Origin: Octopus vulgaris | Taxonomy: Eukaryota | Direction of reading: 5' to 3' | Length of the DNA stretch: 64,000 nt | Assembly (NCBI GenBank): GCA_951406725.2 | Contig: OX597814.1 | Location: 32,488,001-32,552,000, forward strand | In this document: positions 1 to 14,872 of the stretch, in pieces | How the letters are laid out: each line of letters opens with the position of its first letter | Numbering within the stretch: position 1 is the stretch's first letter | Notes under the pieces: generated by a model | What the model was told of the DNA's origin: nothing | Databases searched by the model: none | Seen by the model: only the letters and a program-made list of their open reading frames with translations | Position numbers and translations under genes: made by a program

Positions 1-923
1 TAAAGTACCAGTGTACCAGTCAAGTACCGGCGTCTCTTCGATTAAGTACTTTCTCTCCCAGTTTGTGACTCTATGAATCTGGAATCAATAAAACCAGCAG
101 CAATACTAATTGTAATTGTTGCTTAACACAAAGGTAGCTTTGTTCAAGCTAACATGTGAAGTAAGACGTTACAGTCGTGACAATTACACCACGTATTGTT
201 TCAAGGACTTCGTTATTTCGTCGCTCCTATTTTTAGACGATGAGTTTAGACAGATTTGCTTGCTGTTTACATCGCCTATCTAGAAGCATGCTAGTGGATT
301 TGTTTAGCAAGTAATAGAGCGACGATGTACAGAATCGGTAGAGCTTTAGATACAACAGCTTATCGTATTCTGCTACCTTCTGAGTTCAAATTCTGACAGA
401 AGAGCGTATGCCAGCCTTCTTTCAATGGTCGATAAAATATGTAGCTGATAAGTGTTGCACACGAGAGTAGTTCGATTCCCACGGCGTTCGATTTTCAAAG
501 CCCCTGAATTCATTCTATGCTGTGTTAACACGGCTGGAGGTTCGTCCTATGGCGAAGATATCCGAGTACTGCGGTTTGTCGATTCTGCATCGATATTTTC
601 TCTCTGTACGTGAGAGGCGATGATACAACTTTTGAATTTTGGGAGGAATTAGAACGGAAAGAGCCGAAATAAACACGGCAAGTCTGATGTTCCTATAATT
701 CTGCTGAAACGGATAAATGAGGAAGCCTTTACATGGTCATTTATTATACTAGAAATAGAAGCTAACCAACCTCCAAATTACACCGTAATGCTTCTCAGAT
801 ATATATTTTAAATAAATGGATATGTTGGATCAGAATGTTGCCATAAATATATACATGAAAAGGAATAATGCTCCTTACTGAAATACTTCCGATAGCAGAT
901 CTAGCCTGTGGCTAAAAAATACC

Positions 924-1156
924 TATTTCTTTACTACTCACAAGAGGCTAAATACAGAGATGACAAACGAGGACAGACAAACGGATTAAGTCGATTATAT
1001 CGACCCCAGTGCGTAACTGGTACTTATTTAATCGACCCCGAAAGGATGAAAGGCAAAGTCGACCTCGGCGGAATTTGAACTCAGAACGTAACGGCAGACG
1101 AAATACCGCTAATCCTTTCGCCCGGCGTGCTAACGTTTCTGCCAGCTCGCCGCCTT
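924..1156 (-). mobile_element. tRNA-derived SINE, family B (full length)
   Basis: Reverse complement of ggcggcgagctggcagaaacgttagcacgccggg...gagttcaaattcc (B-box)...tttcatcctttcggggtcga. Imperfect 19-bp TSD cctgtggctaaaaaatacc (905-923) / cctttggctaaaaagtacc (1157-1175). Confidence 0.85.
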
Positions 1157-2065
1157 CCTTTGGCTAAAAAGTACCCTCAAAACTATAAAACACTGTCATG
1201 GCAAATGAATTCCCAGTAAATGCATCATTGTCTCTTTTTCTCATTTCTATTTCCTTTTATAAAAGAAATCAATAACACATGTAGTTTCAGTCTTCATAGA
1301 TACTTCTAGGACAAAAATTAAGTCGAAAGAGAGTGAGAAATGGTGAGAGTGAGAAGTCATAACGATATCAGAATGCTTGGCAAGATAAATATAAAACTAA
1401 AAAAATTGATTCTTCATATATTTTTCTATTTTTCTTTTTCTTATACTGTTGTAGTTATTGTTTTGGTTGCTGCTGAAGATAACGTTTACCAGAGTCATTA
1501 GTATTACAGTGAATGGAATATATTGATTTCTAGTGCAACGTACAGGGTTACATATTTTCATGTAGGGGTATAATTGCCTGAAAAACTGAAGATTAGCAAA
1601 GTCGTTCGAATATCGGACAGAATGACCGGTGTTGCTCGATCTAGTGTTCTGAGTTCAAAACTTGCCGAAGTCAACTTCGCTTTTCATCCTTCTGAGTTCG
1701 ATAAATAAAGTAGCAACAACACCGGAGGCCGACTCTTTCTCTTCCCCTCTCTCCTCTCTCTCTCTCCCTCTCTCTCTCCTTCTTTCTCTATCTTTCTCTG
1801 TTACTCCACTCTCTCTATCTATCTCTCACCCTCCCTCTCACATCGGCTAATGTTGTGCCATGAGACGGGTAATCAGAAGCCGTTCACAGCAGAGTTACCT
1901 TTTATATAAGATTGTAATGGGTTGAGTAAAGGGTTAAGAGCCCTTCTATCGAGGGAAAAAAGAATTAACTGATATATTGCTGGAATAGAAATTAAAATGA
2001 AAAACGGTAGATTACATGAAATCGCTCCTATTTCTTAAACAACATTTTGTTTAGTAGACCCCAGA

Positions 2066-2219
2066 GGAGTCTACTTTGGTAAGTAGCTTGCATACGAACC
2101 ACATGGTTCCGGGTTCAGTCCCACTGCGTGGCACCTTGAGCAAGTGTCTTCTACTATAGCCTCTGGCTGACCAAAGCCTTGTGAGTGGATTTGGTAGACG
2201 GAAACTGAAAGAAGCCCGT

Positions 2220-2270
<51 letters not shown>

Positions 2271-2520
2271 GTGTGTGTGTGTGTGTGTGTGTGTATGTTT
2301 GTGTGTCCGTGTTTGTCCCCCCCCCCCCCCAACATCGCTTGACAACCGATGTTGGTGTGTCTACGTACCCGTAACATAGCGGTTCGCCAAAAGAGACCGA
2401 TAGAATAAGTACTAGGTTTACAAAGAATAAGTCCTGGGGGGCGATTTGTTCGGCTAAAGGCGGTGCTCCAACATGGCCACAGTCAAATGACTGAAACAGG
2501 TAAGTAACAGTAAATAAAAG
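2066..2520 (+). mobile_element. tRNA-derived SINE, family A, with internal (TA)n/(TG)n tract
   Basis: B-box-like ggttcagtccc, CORE-like caccttgagcaagtgtctt, internal microsatellite, 3' half ending gactgaaacag...taaaag. About ten similar copies in the window. Confidence 0.85.
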
Positions 2521-3290
2521 TATTTTAAGAGATTATACTCGTTTTATAAAATTTTAAAAAAATATTTAGATAATTGTTTCTAATTTTAGCACAAAAATTT
2601 CATCGATTGGACTCAGTAACAACTAACACTTTATAACACTTTATAGTATCGACCCACATAGGATGAAAAATAGTGTTGGCGTCGGTGCAATTTGAACTCG
2701 GAATTTAAAAAGCTATAAGATATATTACAAGAATTTTTGCCCAACGCCATAGCAAAATTTACACTTGAAAAAGACTTTGACATGCAAACAGGCATCGCAT
2801 ATAGATGCGTGCACGCACACAGAGATTCATGTATACACACACATATATATACATGTATCCATATATTGATATGCATACGAATCTACACAAACGTATGCAT
2901 TTATATATATGCTCACACACGCAGACACACGCACACAGATGCGGATCCGTTGTGGTTAGCAAGTGATAACAGCAATGTGACTGGGCGTTCGCTAAAGGAA
3001 GGGATTACGCGTGCGCGATACGCAGATCTGTCTGATAGTCGTAACGCTGATGCATCGACCACTTAGACACGCCCACCAATTGAGTGAGTGCAAGCTATAC
3101 TAATATTGGTGTGTGTGTGTGTCTGCTGTGTTTGAGGAGTTTCTGTGTGTGCGTATGTGTAAGCACGCGCTCATCTGTGTGTACTTGTGAAAAAAAAATG
3201 AAGTACCACATGCCGTAAACAAGACTGCCGTAAACAAGACTGCCGTATACAACGCAGTATGCAAGGCTGTGTAAACGACCTTACAATGGT

Positions 3291-3326
<36 letters not shown>

Positions 3327-3554
3327 TGTGTGTGTATGTGTGTGTTTGTGTGTACGTATGTTCGTGGAAATAAGTATGTGTATATGTATATCATAGGCGT
3401 TTCCTCCAAGAACGAAGGATATGCAATGCATACCGAAGTTTTGTTAACAGATCCTCTTATAAATCCATCATTCAATTTTATGAGGGTCAACTGAAAAGAG
3501 GGTACATGCATGCTCTATGTATTACTCAATTTTATATATTCCAGTTTTTAAAGT

Positions 3555-3603
<49 letters not shown>

Positions 3604-3608
3604 CTATA

Positions 3609-3655
<47 letters not shown>

Positions 3656-3832
3656 CTCTATGCATATATATTTACACGTACATATTTATATATGCACATA
3701 CACACTCACACACACTCACATGCATACGTAGATTGGTAGATAGATAGATGCAAATACATTTATATACATATGCGTGTGTGCGTATACATATATATGTGTG
3801 TGTGTATGAGTGTGTGTATGCATGTATGTATG

Positions 3833-3863
<31 letters not shown>

Positions 3864-3920
3864 AATATATATAAACACACATATATGAAACATAAATATA
3901 TATATTATATATATATATAC

Positions 3921-3965
<45 letters not shown>

Positions 3966-4157
3966 TATATATGTGTGAGTGTATATATATATGCATATAT
4001 ATGTATAGACATATATATATGTGTGGGTGTTTATATATATATATCATATGTATATATATATATGTGTGTATATATATATGCATATATATATATAGAGACA
4101 TATATATATACGTGTGGGTGTGTGTATATATATATATATATATTACACATAAATACA

Positions 4158-4212
<55 letters not shown>

Positions 4213-4922
4213 GTGAGTGTCTATGTGTGTGTTTTTATTAATGTTTCATTATATCAACTATTGATGGTATTAGCTACATCTTCTTTTTCACAGCTAATCC
4301 TAACATTTAACCATTGGTCTGTTAAAATTAAAATCCAACCTTCCACAAATCCTATCTTTTAGTCTATAAAGTGGAAGACGACAACGAATGCTCCAAACCT
4401 GGCTGTGAAGAAAAAGCTGGGCAGCCATTGTTTACTTACATATTAAGCTTGGACTTTTGAACATGATCTTTTGACCAGGCGTTCTGCTTTGAAATTTAAT
4501 TGATACAGAAATATTTCTGTTCTAAGTGGGTACATCAATCGCAAGATTTCCCTGACATTTTTTATGTTTCCTGTTATTGAACATATTCTAATTAATACAC
4601 CAACCCCTGAGCATTTTTCAACTTAATCGAGATCCATGTAGCGATTGGTTATATCAGACCTTTGACACACTACAATACTGCTATAATCAAATACAGAAGC
4701 GCACTCATGTAGCACACATATATACGTATAGCAGCGATTGATTAACTATCTAGCAAAATAAGCACGTGATTAGGACATCAAGAAAAGTGGGGTGGATACA
4801 GAAATGGTAATTATTTTACGGCACAAAAAAATCATTTAAACTTGTTAAAGTAATATTCGAAGTGGTTTATATGATCACACAAATTTATTTCAAGGTTTAT
4901 TATTCTATATATTTTGAATTAT

Positions 4923-5017
<95 letters not shown>

Positions 5018-5130
5018 GTCATAAAAGCCACTATGGGTTATATTCTGGCACTGACATATTTTTTTAGCCAGGCTGCTGTAGTTATTCTGGTGCACCATAT
5101 ATATGTGTATATTTATATATATGTATATAA

Positions 5131-5170
<40 letters not shown>

Positions 5171-5229
5171 CCTGTTTGTTGTTTACACACTTGTCTTCGT
5201 CTTTTGTTTTTCTGTAAATTTCAACTATA

Positions 5230-5301
<72 letters not shown>

Positions 5302-5740
5302 CATACATGTACACACATACACGAACATAAACATTCACACAGAGCATGAGATAAAGATGTAGATGTACAGGCATGCATACATACGTTATTACAATGGGCT
5401 GATGCCCTTAGTTTTACCTGTAATAATGCTACGCATAAGGAATTGATGCGCCCGTGGCCATATCTTAAACCCCAAGTGTATTACAGGAAATATTATTTAA
5501 ATTGAGTTAGACAATTAAAATGATTCAGAATTGTTATAATTAAAATAATTTTGTTGAAAATTTTGAATAAAAGAGAACAGGTTTAGGACACCTATGATCG
5601 GGACAACGAAACTGTTGTAAAAACGTACCTGAACCTACATTCTTGCTCAGGGATCAACTGTTGAAAGATAAAGAGTGCATTATGAAGTAGGTACATACAG
5701 ACACACATACAAAATGTATATATGTATATATATATATACT

Positions 5741-5942
5741 CTTTTACTCTTTTACTCTTTTACTTGTTTCAGTCATTTGACTGCGGCCATGCTGGAGCAC
5801 CGCCTTTAGTCGAGCAAATCGACCCCGGCACTTATTCTTTGTAAGCCCAGTACTTATTCTATCGGTCACTTTTTGCCGAACCGCTAAGTGACGGGGACAT
5901 AAACACACCAGCATCGGTTGTCAAACACAGACACACAAACAC

Positions 5943-5973
<31 letters not shown>

Positions 5974-6142
5974 CATATATACGACAGGCTTCTTTCAGTT
6001 TCCGTCTACCAAATCTGCTCACAAGGCATTGGTCGGCCCGGGGCTATAGCAGAAGACACTTGCCCAAGGTGCCACACAGTGGGACTGAACCCGGAACCAT
6101 GTGGTTGGTTAGCAAGCTACTTACCACACACCCACTCCTGCG

Positions 6143-6146
<4 letters not shown>
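5741..6146 (-). mobile_element. SINE family A
   Basis: Reverse complement of the family A consensus with a (gtaaaaga)n tail, flanked by (TA)n. Confidence 0.88.
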
Positions 6147-6181
<35 letters not shown>

Positions 6182-6443
6182 GTAGATATTTAGTTAAGTG
6201 TATTATGTATATGTGTATGAGGTTTTATATGAGTAAACAAATTCAATGAATGAGCAGGTATAAAGAATGCTTGTTTTCCAACTTCGATTAGGGATAGTTA
6301 CCACCGTAATCCTCTTCTTCCCCTCCCCTTCCTCCTCCCCCTCCTCCTCCTCCTCCCCTCTTCATCATCATTATCATCACGATCTTTTCCCTCTCTTTCT
6401 TCCTTTTCCTCACTCTAACGATCTATCAGTCTCCTTAATTTTG

Positions 6444-6496
<53 letters not shown>

Positions 6497-7059
6497 GTAT
6501 ATGTATGTATGTGTGTATGTAAGCGTCTACGTATACATATATCATACAAATGAGTGTGTGACTCTGTGCGCATGAAGAGAGTCAGAGAGAGAGAGAGAGA
6601 GAGACAGGGTGGGATAGAGAGAGATATACACACACAGATACAGAACATGTTCTTAATGTGAACCCACTTCTTTGAGGATAAGCCCAGTCGATGTTTTCGC
6701 ACAAATAGGTGTTTATGTAATCGATCCTGAAACAAAATATATATATATATACACTCATGCACACGCACCGCCTCACTTATATACGTGTGAGCTTGCATGA
6801 GTGTGTACGTACGTACCCGATATATATTTCTATATGTAAGTGTGTATTCGTATATGTCTATGTATGTATATCCGCCGCTAGAGATCACGAATCAACAGCG
6901 ATAGCAATCTAGTAAATTATTAGCTGAACAGTTAATTAAAAGGACATAAGCTTCAGACAAAACAGATAAAACATGGTCTGGAATATATTCACCTAGATGT
7001 ATGCCTGTAGGTGTGTACCTATCTGTTTATCAATCTATGTGTGCATGCATCTATCTATT

Positions 7060-7374
<315 letters not shown>

Positions 7375-8547
7375 GAAAATATATTGATGCATGTATACTC
7401 ACACACAACACACGCACACACACATATGCATATATATATGTGTGTGTGTGTGTGTGTGGTGGGGTATACGTGTGTGATCGTATTTTAGAAGCTTCATAAC
7501 TATCTAACCCGATGTCAAGATGTAATTATTCCACGTACGTCCCATAACTGCGTGCAAATAACACGATTTACTGGTGTCATCAAGAATAATGATAGTTAAT
7601 AAAAAAAAAAAGCTACAATTACTATTACTATTTCTGCAACTACTACTGCTGCCGTTACTACTAACACTACTACTAAATATGGTTTAAAATATCTTAATCG
7701 AGTCTAAATTATTAAACGATATAATCCAATGATGGTTGAAGCTTACGTTTGATCGTATTAACATAATCCAAGGATTACTTAAGTTTCAGAGAATCTCCCC
7801 CAGTTAGGGAGTCAGAAGTGATTCAAATACAAAAAAAAAAAAAGTCCAGCAAAGCTTTGAAAATAGAGAAGACAAGACATATCAGTAATTACTGTGTGTG
7901 TATGTGTGCGTGTGTGTGTTTCTGTGTGTGTGTGTGGTGCACTTCCATGGTGCTTAGCCTATTGTCAGGGCATCTATAGTGACGCTTCACTCTTTTACTG
8001 ATATTTAAAACCATTATGTCAAACGTAGTCGAGACTGTATTTAGTTATCTCCCTTTAAATTCACAGTTCAAATCGCTCCATGATACTCAACATTTAGCTT
8101 TCCGTCATTGTTACATAAACAGTCAATTTCTGTTACCGATTCATGGAATTGCGATGCTGTGCCTCAAACATTTGTTACCTTCAAACATTTGTCAGCATGT
8201 TCTTACGTTTGATGTCAACATATGAAACATTGAATGTCTCACACCTCTACATTTCAAACTATAAAACATCCAGTACATTTACATATTCGATCAGCTACGT
8301 TCTATATCTTTTACCTTTGCTTAGCCTCATGTAAGCCGGATTAAGTATATCTCTCGTCATAGACCAGAAATGAAGTTTCCTAGAATGAATATATTCTGTG
8401 ACTTGTGCATATCAAGAAATAAGGTGCCTGATAACATCGAAGTTCATTTTGACTGAAAATCACTGTTAAAATGAGAGTAATAGCCAGGTAGTCACACTTT
8501 TGAAGTACATGTTGTTTGTCAGCTTATCTGTCAGTTTGTCTGTCTCC

Positions 8548-8585
<38 letters not shown>

Positions 8586-10264
8586 CCTTCTCTCTCTCTC
8601 TCTCTCTCTTTCTTTCTCTCTCTCGCTCACTTTCTCCCAGACACACACACATACATAGTAAGGAGTGACCATTTGAAAACCGTATGCAAAAATTTAATAG
8701 TGTATTAATACCCTTTAGTGCCTGGTTTTCGTTTAATGATTAAAAGAATTAGTGCTCAAGAATTAGTTCCAATTCCATTCGTAATGCAGATATCCAGTAC
8801 ATTTAGTATCTTTCTCTAAAATTTAACAGTTTATATCTGTTGTAAAACTTAAGGAAAACAGAAAAAAAAAACCTGAACATGTTTCATTATTCCAATATGC
8901 CTGCGTTTAATAGCTATTATTCTAACCCTATTTAATTTCATGTAGCACAAATATTGTCAAAATTAACTCCCTTAGTGGATTTCCGCTTTTCTAAAGATTT
9001 CAACTTCCGCCTATTAGCAGATTTTTAACCTTCGTTCCTCTGTTGCCCTCTTAACGCTCCCCTTTCAAATACATTTAACTTCCAATGACCTCTTTTCATC
9101 TTCCAGTCTTCTCTTACGCTTTTATATGCCCCACTCACTCTGTTCCCATTGCTTTAGTTCCACTCATCTAAGCACTTGAGACGTCTACGCAACTATACAT
9201 TTCTGTTATTATTGTTATTATTATTTTTTATTATTCTTATAATGCTATGCTTTCAAATTTATACTCATCGAAGCGTATTCATTGTGTCCCAGTTTTCACA
9301 CACAGTTAACTGTCACTCACCCTCTAATAAAGCTTTTAACTTCCTGTCTTCCGCTCTTAACTTCCGCTCCAAATAACAATCAAGCAATTGGTTTTATAAG
9401 TAGCTCCGACTCGATTAACGGACATCTTTTTTATATTTATTATTATTATTGTCTTTTCTTTGGACAAAGCTGGTGAAATTAACCCCTCCCCACAATGTAG
9501 CACTTCTTTATAATTTATTGATATTGGAATCACGAAAGCTATAGTCTATCTTAGTGAGATATTGACCGCAGAAAGCAGAGGTCTGCAAATACATACATCT
9601 TTCTGTTATAAGCAGAAGGCCTAAAATTTTTGTGCTGATGAAGCTAGACGTGTTAAAATGATTCTTATTGTATTGACTTCGATTGAATATGAACTCAAAA
9701 CAGCAAGCCAAAAGGTATGCGTTGAAGCACTTTATTTAGCATGTAAATAATTCTACTAGCTTGACACCCTCACGACTTTCAATAATCTATGTAGTGCAGT
9801 CTTTTGATGAGCAGCAGTTTCTCTGGGCAGTTCTTCACGTAATTAGTAGCTTGACAGATAAAATAACGCCGAGTATTTTAAATTGACTTTCTCATTTTTG
9901 CGATTGATAAAATAAGTTACGGGCTTGGAATAAATTGCGTTGCGATATTCCTACCGGAAATATCACAATGTTAGTTTAAATTCCATTGGGGTCAGCCTTG
10001 CCTTTCATCACTTCAGAGTTGATAAACAGAAGTATAGGTCAAATACTGGGTCGATAGTACCGGCCGGCCTTTCCCACTCAGAACAAAACTGCTAAAATTC
10101 TTCCTACATTAGGGACATCTCACACGCACGCGCACGCCCGACACATGTATATGCATGTGTGTATGTGTGTGTATATTAGATAGGTGTTGGTCATTATATA
10201 CACACACATACACACGAACACACACATACACACACACACACACACACACGCACATATATATATA

Positions 10265-10470
10265 TAGGTTTAAAATTTTTGGCACTAGGTCACCAGATGA
10301 AGAGGAGGGGTCAATCGATTTCATCGATCCCAATGCTCAATTGGTTCTTATTTTATCGACCCCGAAGTAATGATAGGAGAAGTTGGCCTCGGCGGAATTT
10401 GAACTCAGAATCTAAAGACGGACGAATTGCTACTAAGCACTTTTCCCGACGTGCTCTCGGTTCTGCCAGA
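10265..10470 (-). mobile_element. Degenerate SINE family B
   Basis: tttatcgacccc...cctcggcggaatttgaactcagaa...ttctgccag matches the reverse complement of family B. Confidence 0.65.
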
Positions 10471-10590
10471 TAACCGATACCTGGGTAGCAAATTCACATC
10501 AGAAAGAACTAGGAATATGCAGCCTTCGAAACATATGTCGAGAATAAAGGATATTTGTTAACTAGTCGTTCAACTCCATTCTTTCATATA

Positions 10591-10656
<66 letters not shown>

Positions 10657-10795
10657 TGTGTGTGTGTGTATAACGCCCACATCTTGCATTCCTGTTTGTC
10701 TGTTAGTGCCTCCCTCTCGTTGCAGTTCTATCTCTTTCTCTCCTCCGTCTCTATATACGCACATGTGTGCGATATGTGTGTGCGTACACATATAT

Positions 10796-10835
<40 letters not shown>

Positions 10836-10860
10836 TACACAGTATATGTGTACGTGTACA

Positions 10861-10900
<40 letters not shown>

Positions 10901-11218
10901 CTTAAAAATTCGTCTTATTCCAGTCATTCACGGTTGTACAATTCATAAATAACGTAAATGCATTTTCAAAAGGATTTTCTCGTTGTATTTGGACTCTTAC
11001 ACAATTGGAAATGTAAACAATAAACGTTCGTGCTAATATGTACTCTTACAATGACACATTCTGAGTACTTTTTTTTTTTTTTGCATGCACAGAAAGTAAA
11101 CTAGAAATCTTGCATCAGTTTTTTTCGGACCTTATTATACTTTCATTATTTCAGCATTTTTTTTTTTTACTTTCTTTTCGAATCTTTCTTCCAGATTTGT
11201 CTTTCTTTTTCCCCTCTC

Positions 11219-11291
<73 letters not shown>

Positions 11292-11297
11292 CTCTCT

Positions 11298-11328
11298 CTC
11301 TCTACTCTCTTTCTCTCTCACTCTCTGG

Positions 11329-11365
<37 letters not shown>

Positions 11366-11545
11366 CTCTTTCTCTCTCACTCTCTGGCATTCTCTCTCTC
11401 TCTCTCACTCTCTGGCATTCTCTCTCTCTCTCTCCCTCTCTCTCCCTCTCTACTCTCTTTCTCTATCACTCTCTACTCTCTCTCTCTCTGCCTCTCTCTC
11501 TCTCTCTACTCTCTTTCTCTCTCACTCTCTGGCATTCTCTCTCTC
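11298..11545. repeat. Compound (CT)n-based minisatellite
   Basis: Unit ctactctctttctctcactctctggcattctctctct recurs about 4 times, separated by variable (CT)n. Confidence 0.8.
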
Positions 11546-11636
11546 TTTATGCTCTTCCCTACTCCTTCCTTTCTATCCTTTTCAGGCGCGATTGATACAC
11601 ATTCACATATTGTGTGTATATATATATACATACATG

Positions 11637-11690
<54 letters not shown>

Positions 11691-11994
11691 AATAAATACA
11701 TGTATATACGTATCTACAATATCTTATGTGTGTATGTGAATGTGTGTGTATATATGCTTGTTTGTTTGTATGAATACCAACTGACACACATTCTTACATG
11801 TGCTGGTTTTTGTACCATACTCTTTGAATACAACGGAAATTATGTTACTAATCTGTGAGTTTTACCGATGTGTGTGCGTGTGTGTGTGTGCGCGTGTTGC
11901 GTGCGTATGTTATCAAAGTGAATGGTCGTGCCTGATATAAGTCAACAAAACACCTATTGTTTAGCGACGCCAATGCAAGTTAGTGTTATATCAA

Positions 11995-12358
11995 GCTGTG
12001 GCTGTGTGGTAAGTAGCTTGCTTACCAACCGCATGGTTCCGGGTTCAGTCCCATCGCGTGGCAGCTTAGGCAAGTGTCTTTTGCTATAGCCTTGAGCCGA
12101 CCAAAGCCTTGTGAGTGAATTTGGTGGACGGAAACTGAAAGGAGCCCATCGTATATATATATATATATGCTTGTGTGCCTGTGTCTGCCTCCCCCCCCCA
12201 ACATCACTTAACAACCGATGCTGGTGTGTTTACGTCTCCGTTACTTAGCGGTTCGGCAAAAAAGAACCGATAGGATAAGTACTAGGCTTACAAAGCATAC
12301 GTCTTGGGATCGATTTGTGAATTTGGTAGACGGAAAGTTAAAGAAACCTGTCTTGTCC

Positions 12359-12396
<38 letters not shown>

Positions 12397-12610
12397 ATGT
12401 TTGCGTGTGTGTGTTTGTACCCCCACCATCACTTACAGCCGATATTGGTATGTTTACGCCCACGTAACTTAGCGGTTCGGCAAAATAATTCAATAGAGTA
12501 AGTACTAAGCTTACAAAGAATAAATCCTGGGGTCAGTTTGTACGACTAAAAACCCTTTAAGGCGGTGCTCCAAGATGGCTGAAGTCACATGACTGAAACA
12601 AGTAAAAGAA
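11995..12610 (+). mobile_element. SINE family A followed by a second, 5'-truncated family A copy
   Basis: First copy runs about 11995-12315. The second restarts at ttgtgaatttggtagacggaaa (~12316) and runs to gactgaaacaagtaaaag. Confidence 0.8.
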
Positions 12611-13187
12611 TATACATATATATATATATACGCATTCTGTATTCATAATATATGTCTTCTGGTGTCTCAGTCTCGTTGCTCGACCTACATGGAACAGCAG
12701 TCAAACCTCACTTATACTACATTGCAAAATTAAATAATGGGCATTCAAAGCTGGATTGCTTTTGATCATAAATATGCCTGGCCATTGTTGATCTGGGACG
12801 ATAATGATATTTGACTACTGTAACCTCTGCATGTAGTACCACTTAGACCCACTGCCACTCACGCACACGCACATGCACACGCCCCCCACACACACACACA
12901 CACATTCACACATACACACACATATATATACACTTAAGCACACATACACACACTTACACATACACACACATACACACTCATGAGAAATTTCTGTATCATT
13001 CCATTATATAGTTACTAGATATGCTAGAAACAACAGTTACAAATAACCTTTAACGCAAGAGTCCAGCTATTTTCACACGCTATTTATCAAGTCTAACTAT
13101 CTATTTACCTATCTATCTAACTATCTATCCATTTATCTATCTACCTATCTATCTATCTATTAGTTTATCTCTCAGGTTATCTACTTG

Positions 13188-13249
<62 letters not shown>

Positions 13250-13315
13250 AGTTTAACTGTCAGGCTACCTACTTGTCTGTCTATCTATCTGTCTATCTAT
13301 CTATCTATCTATCTG

Positions 13316-13376
<61 letters not shown>

Positions 13377-14467
13377 ATCTAAAATTATTTATATATTTAT
13401 CGAGTTACCTAGCTACCTGTTCGTCTATCTCTCTATACACTCATCCATTTATCTAATTATCTATCTATTTATTCCTATTGTGTCGCCGCGACACGATCAT
13501 TATATTCGCATAATACCCCTACCGCAAACCCATCTTTCACACCGATCTCTTACCCCCACCTCATCATCTTCAATGGGGTCGATTGTTTTGTACTGTAGCC
13601 TCACCCTTGCTATGATACACTCTTATGCGAAAGATAGTAACAACTAATATACCTATAGAGGAAGTAACCTACAGAGAAGTTGAATTCAATCTGACTCTCG
13701 TGAAATCTACTTAGTTCAAGGAGAAAGAGCCAATGGTGTTGAGTACACTCATGTAAACGACATGGCCTACAATAGAACTAGACATCGCTAAGTTAACATG
13801 CTGGAGCGAGATGTTACTCATATCTGGGGAAGAAGGATTTGTCATAGCGATTAGTGCAAGGCGGGAAAGAGAGGAAGATCTGAGAGATGGGTTGGCAGCA
13901 GAAGTGATATGTGACTGAGTAGTTGTGAGAAGGCATACGTGCGCCCCACCCCCTCACACACACACACAAATGTATACGCATGCATATGTTACTATGTATG
14001 TGTGTGTATGTGTGCGTGCGTGTGCTTATCTACAGGAAAACTGCAGTCAAAATATTATCCTTAGCCTGGTGAGTGATATCTCACCAGGAGACAAACAACA
14101 ACACCATCCACAACAGCATCAGTATGAAAAGCAACATACCTGCAAAACGCCTTCCGAAACGGATTTCGATTATTGAAAATCATACATCAATGTCCATTGA
14201 ATGAAACTGTGCCTAATAAGTACAATAATATTTGTATTTATTTTTCTTTTCTTTTCTTTCTCTCTGTCCTTTATTTATTTAATTTATTTAGCTATTTACT
14301 TAGTTCGTTATTTATTTATTTATTTATACTATTATTTATTTAGTTCTACATAGATAGTTATATTGTATTTGTTTAGACCTTTATTCGTAAAGTAATTTTG
14401 CATTGGTGATGGTGATGGTGATGATGAAAAACAATGCAATTTCCCTCAAATCACTTCCTATCATCTT

Positions 14468-14872
14468 TTTATCTTTTTTTTTACTTGTTTCAGTCATTTG
14501 ACTGCGGCCATGCTGGAGCACCGCCTTTAGTCGAGCAAATCGACCCCGGGACTTATTCTTTGTAAGCCCAGTACTTATTCTATCGGTCTCTTTTTGCCGA
14601 ACCGCTAAGTGACGGGGACGTAAACACACCAGCATCGGTTGTCAAGCAATGCTAGGGGGACAAACACAGACACACAAACACACATACATATATATATACA
14701 TATATATACGACAGACTTCTTTCAGTTTCCGTCTACCAAATCCACTCACAAGGCATTGGTCGGCCCGGGGCTATAGCAGAAGACACTTGTCCAAGATGCC
14801 ACGCAGTGGGACTGAACCCGGAACATGAGGTTGGTTAGCAAGCTACTTACCACACAGCCACTCCTGCGCCTA
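14468..14872 (-). mobile_element. SINE family A flanked by a ~121-127 bp direct duplication
   Basis: Full-length reverse copy. Flanks 14341-14467 and 14873-14993 are near-identical direct repeats. Confidence 0.9.
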
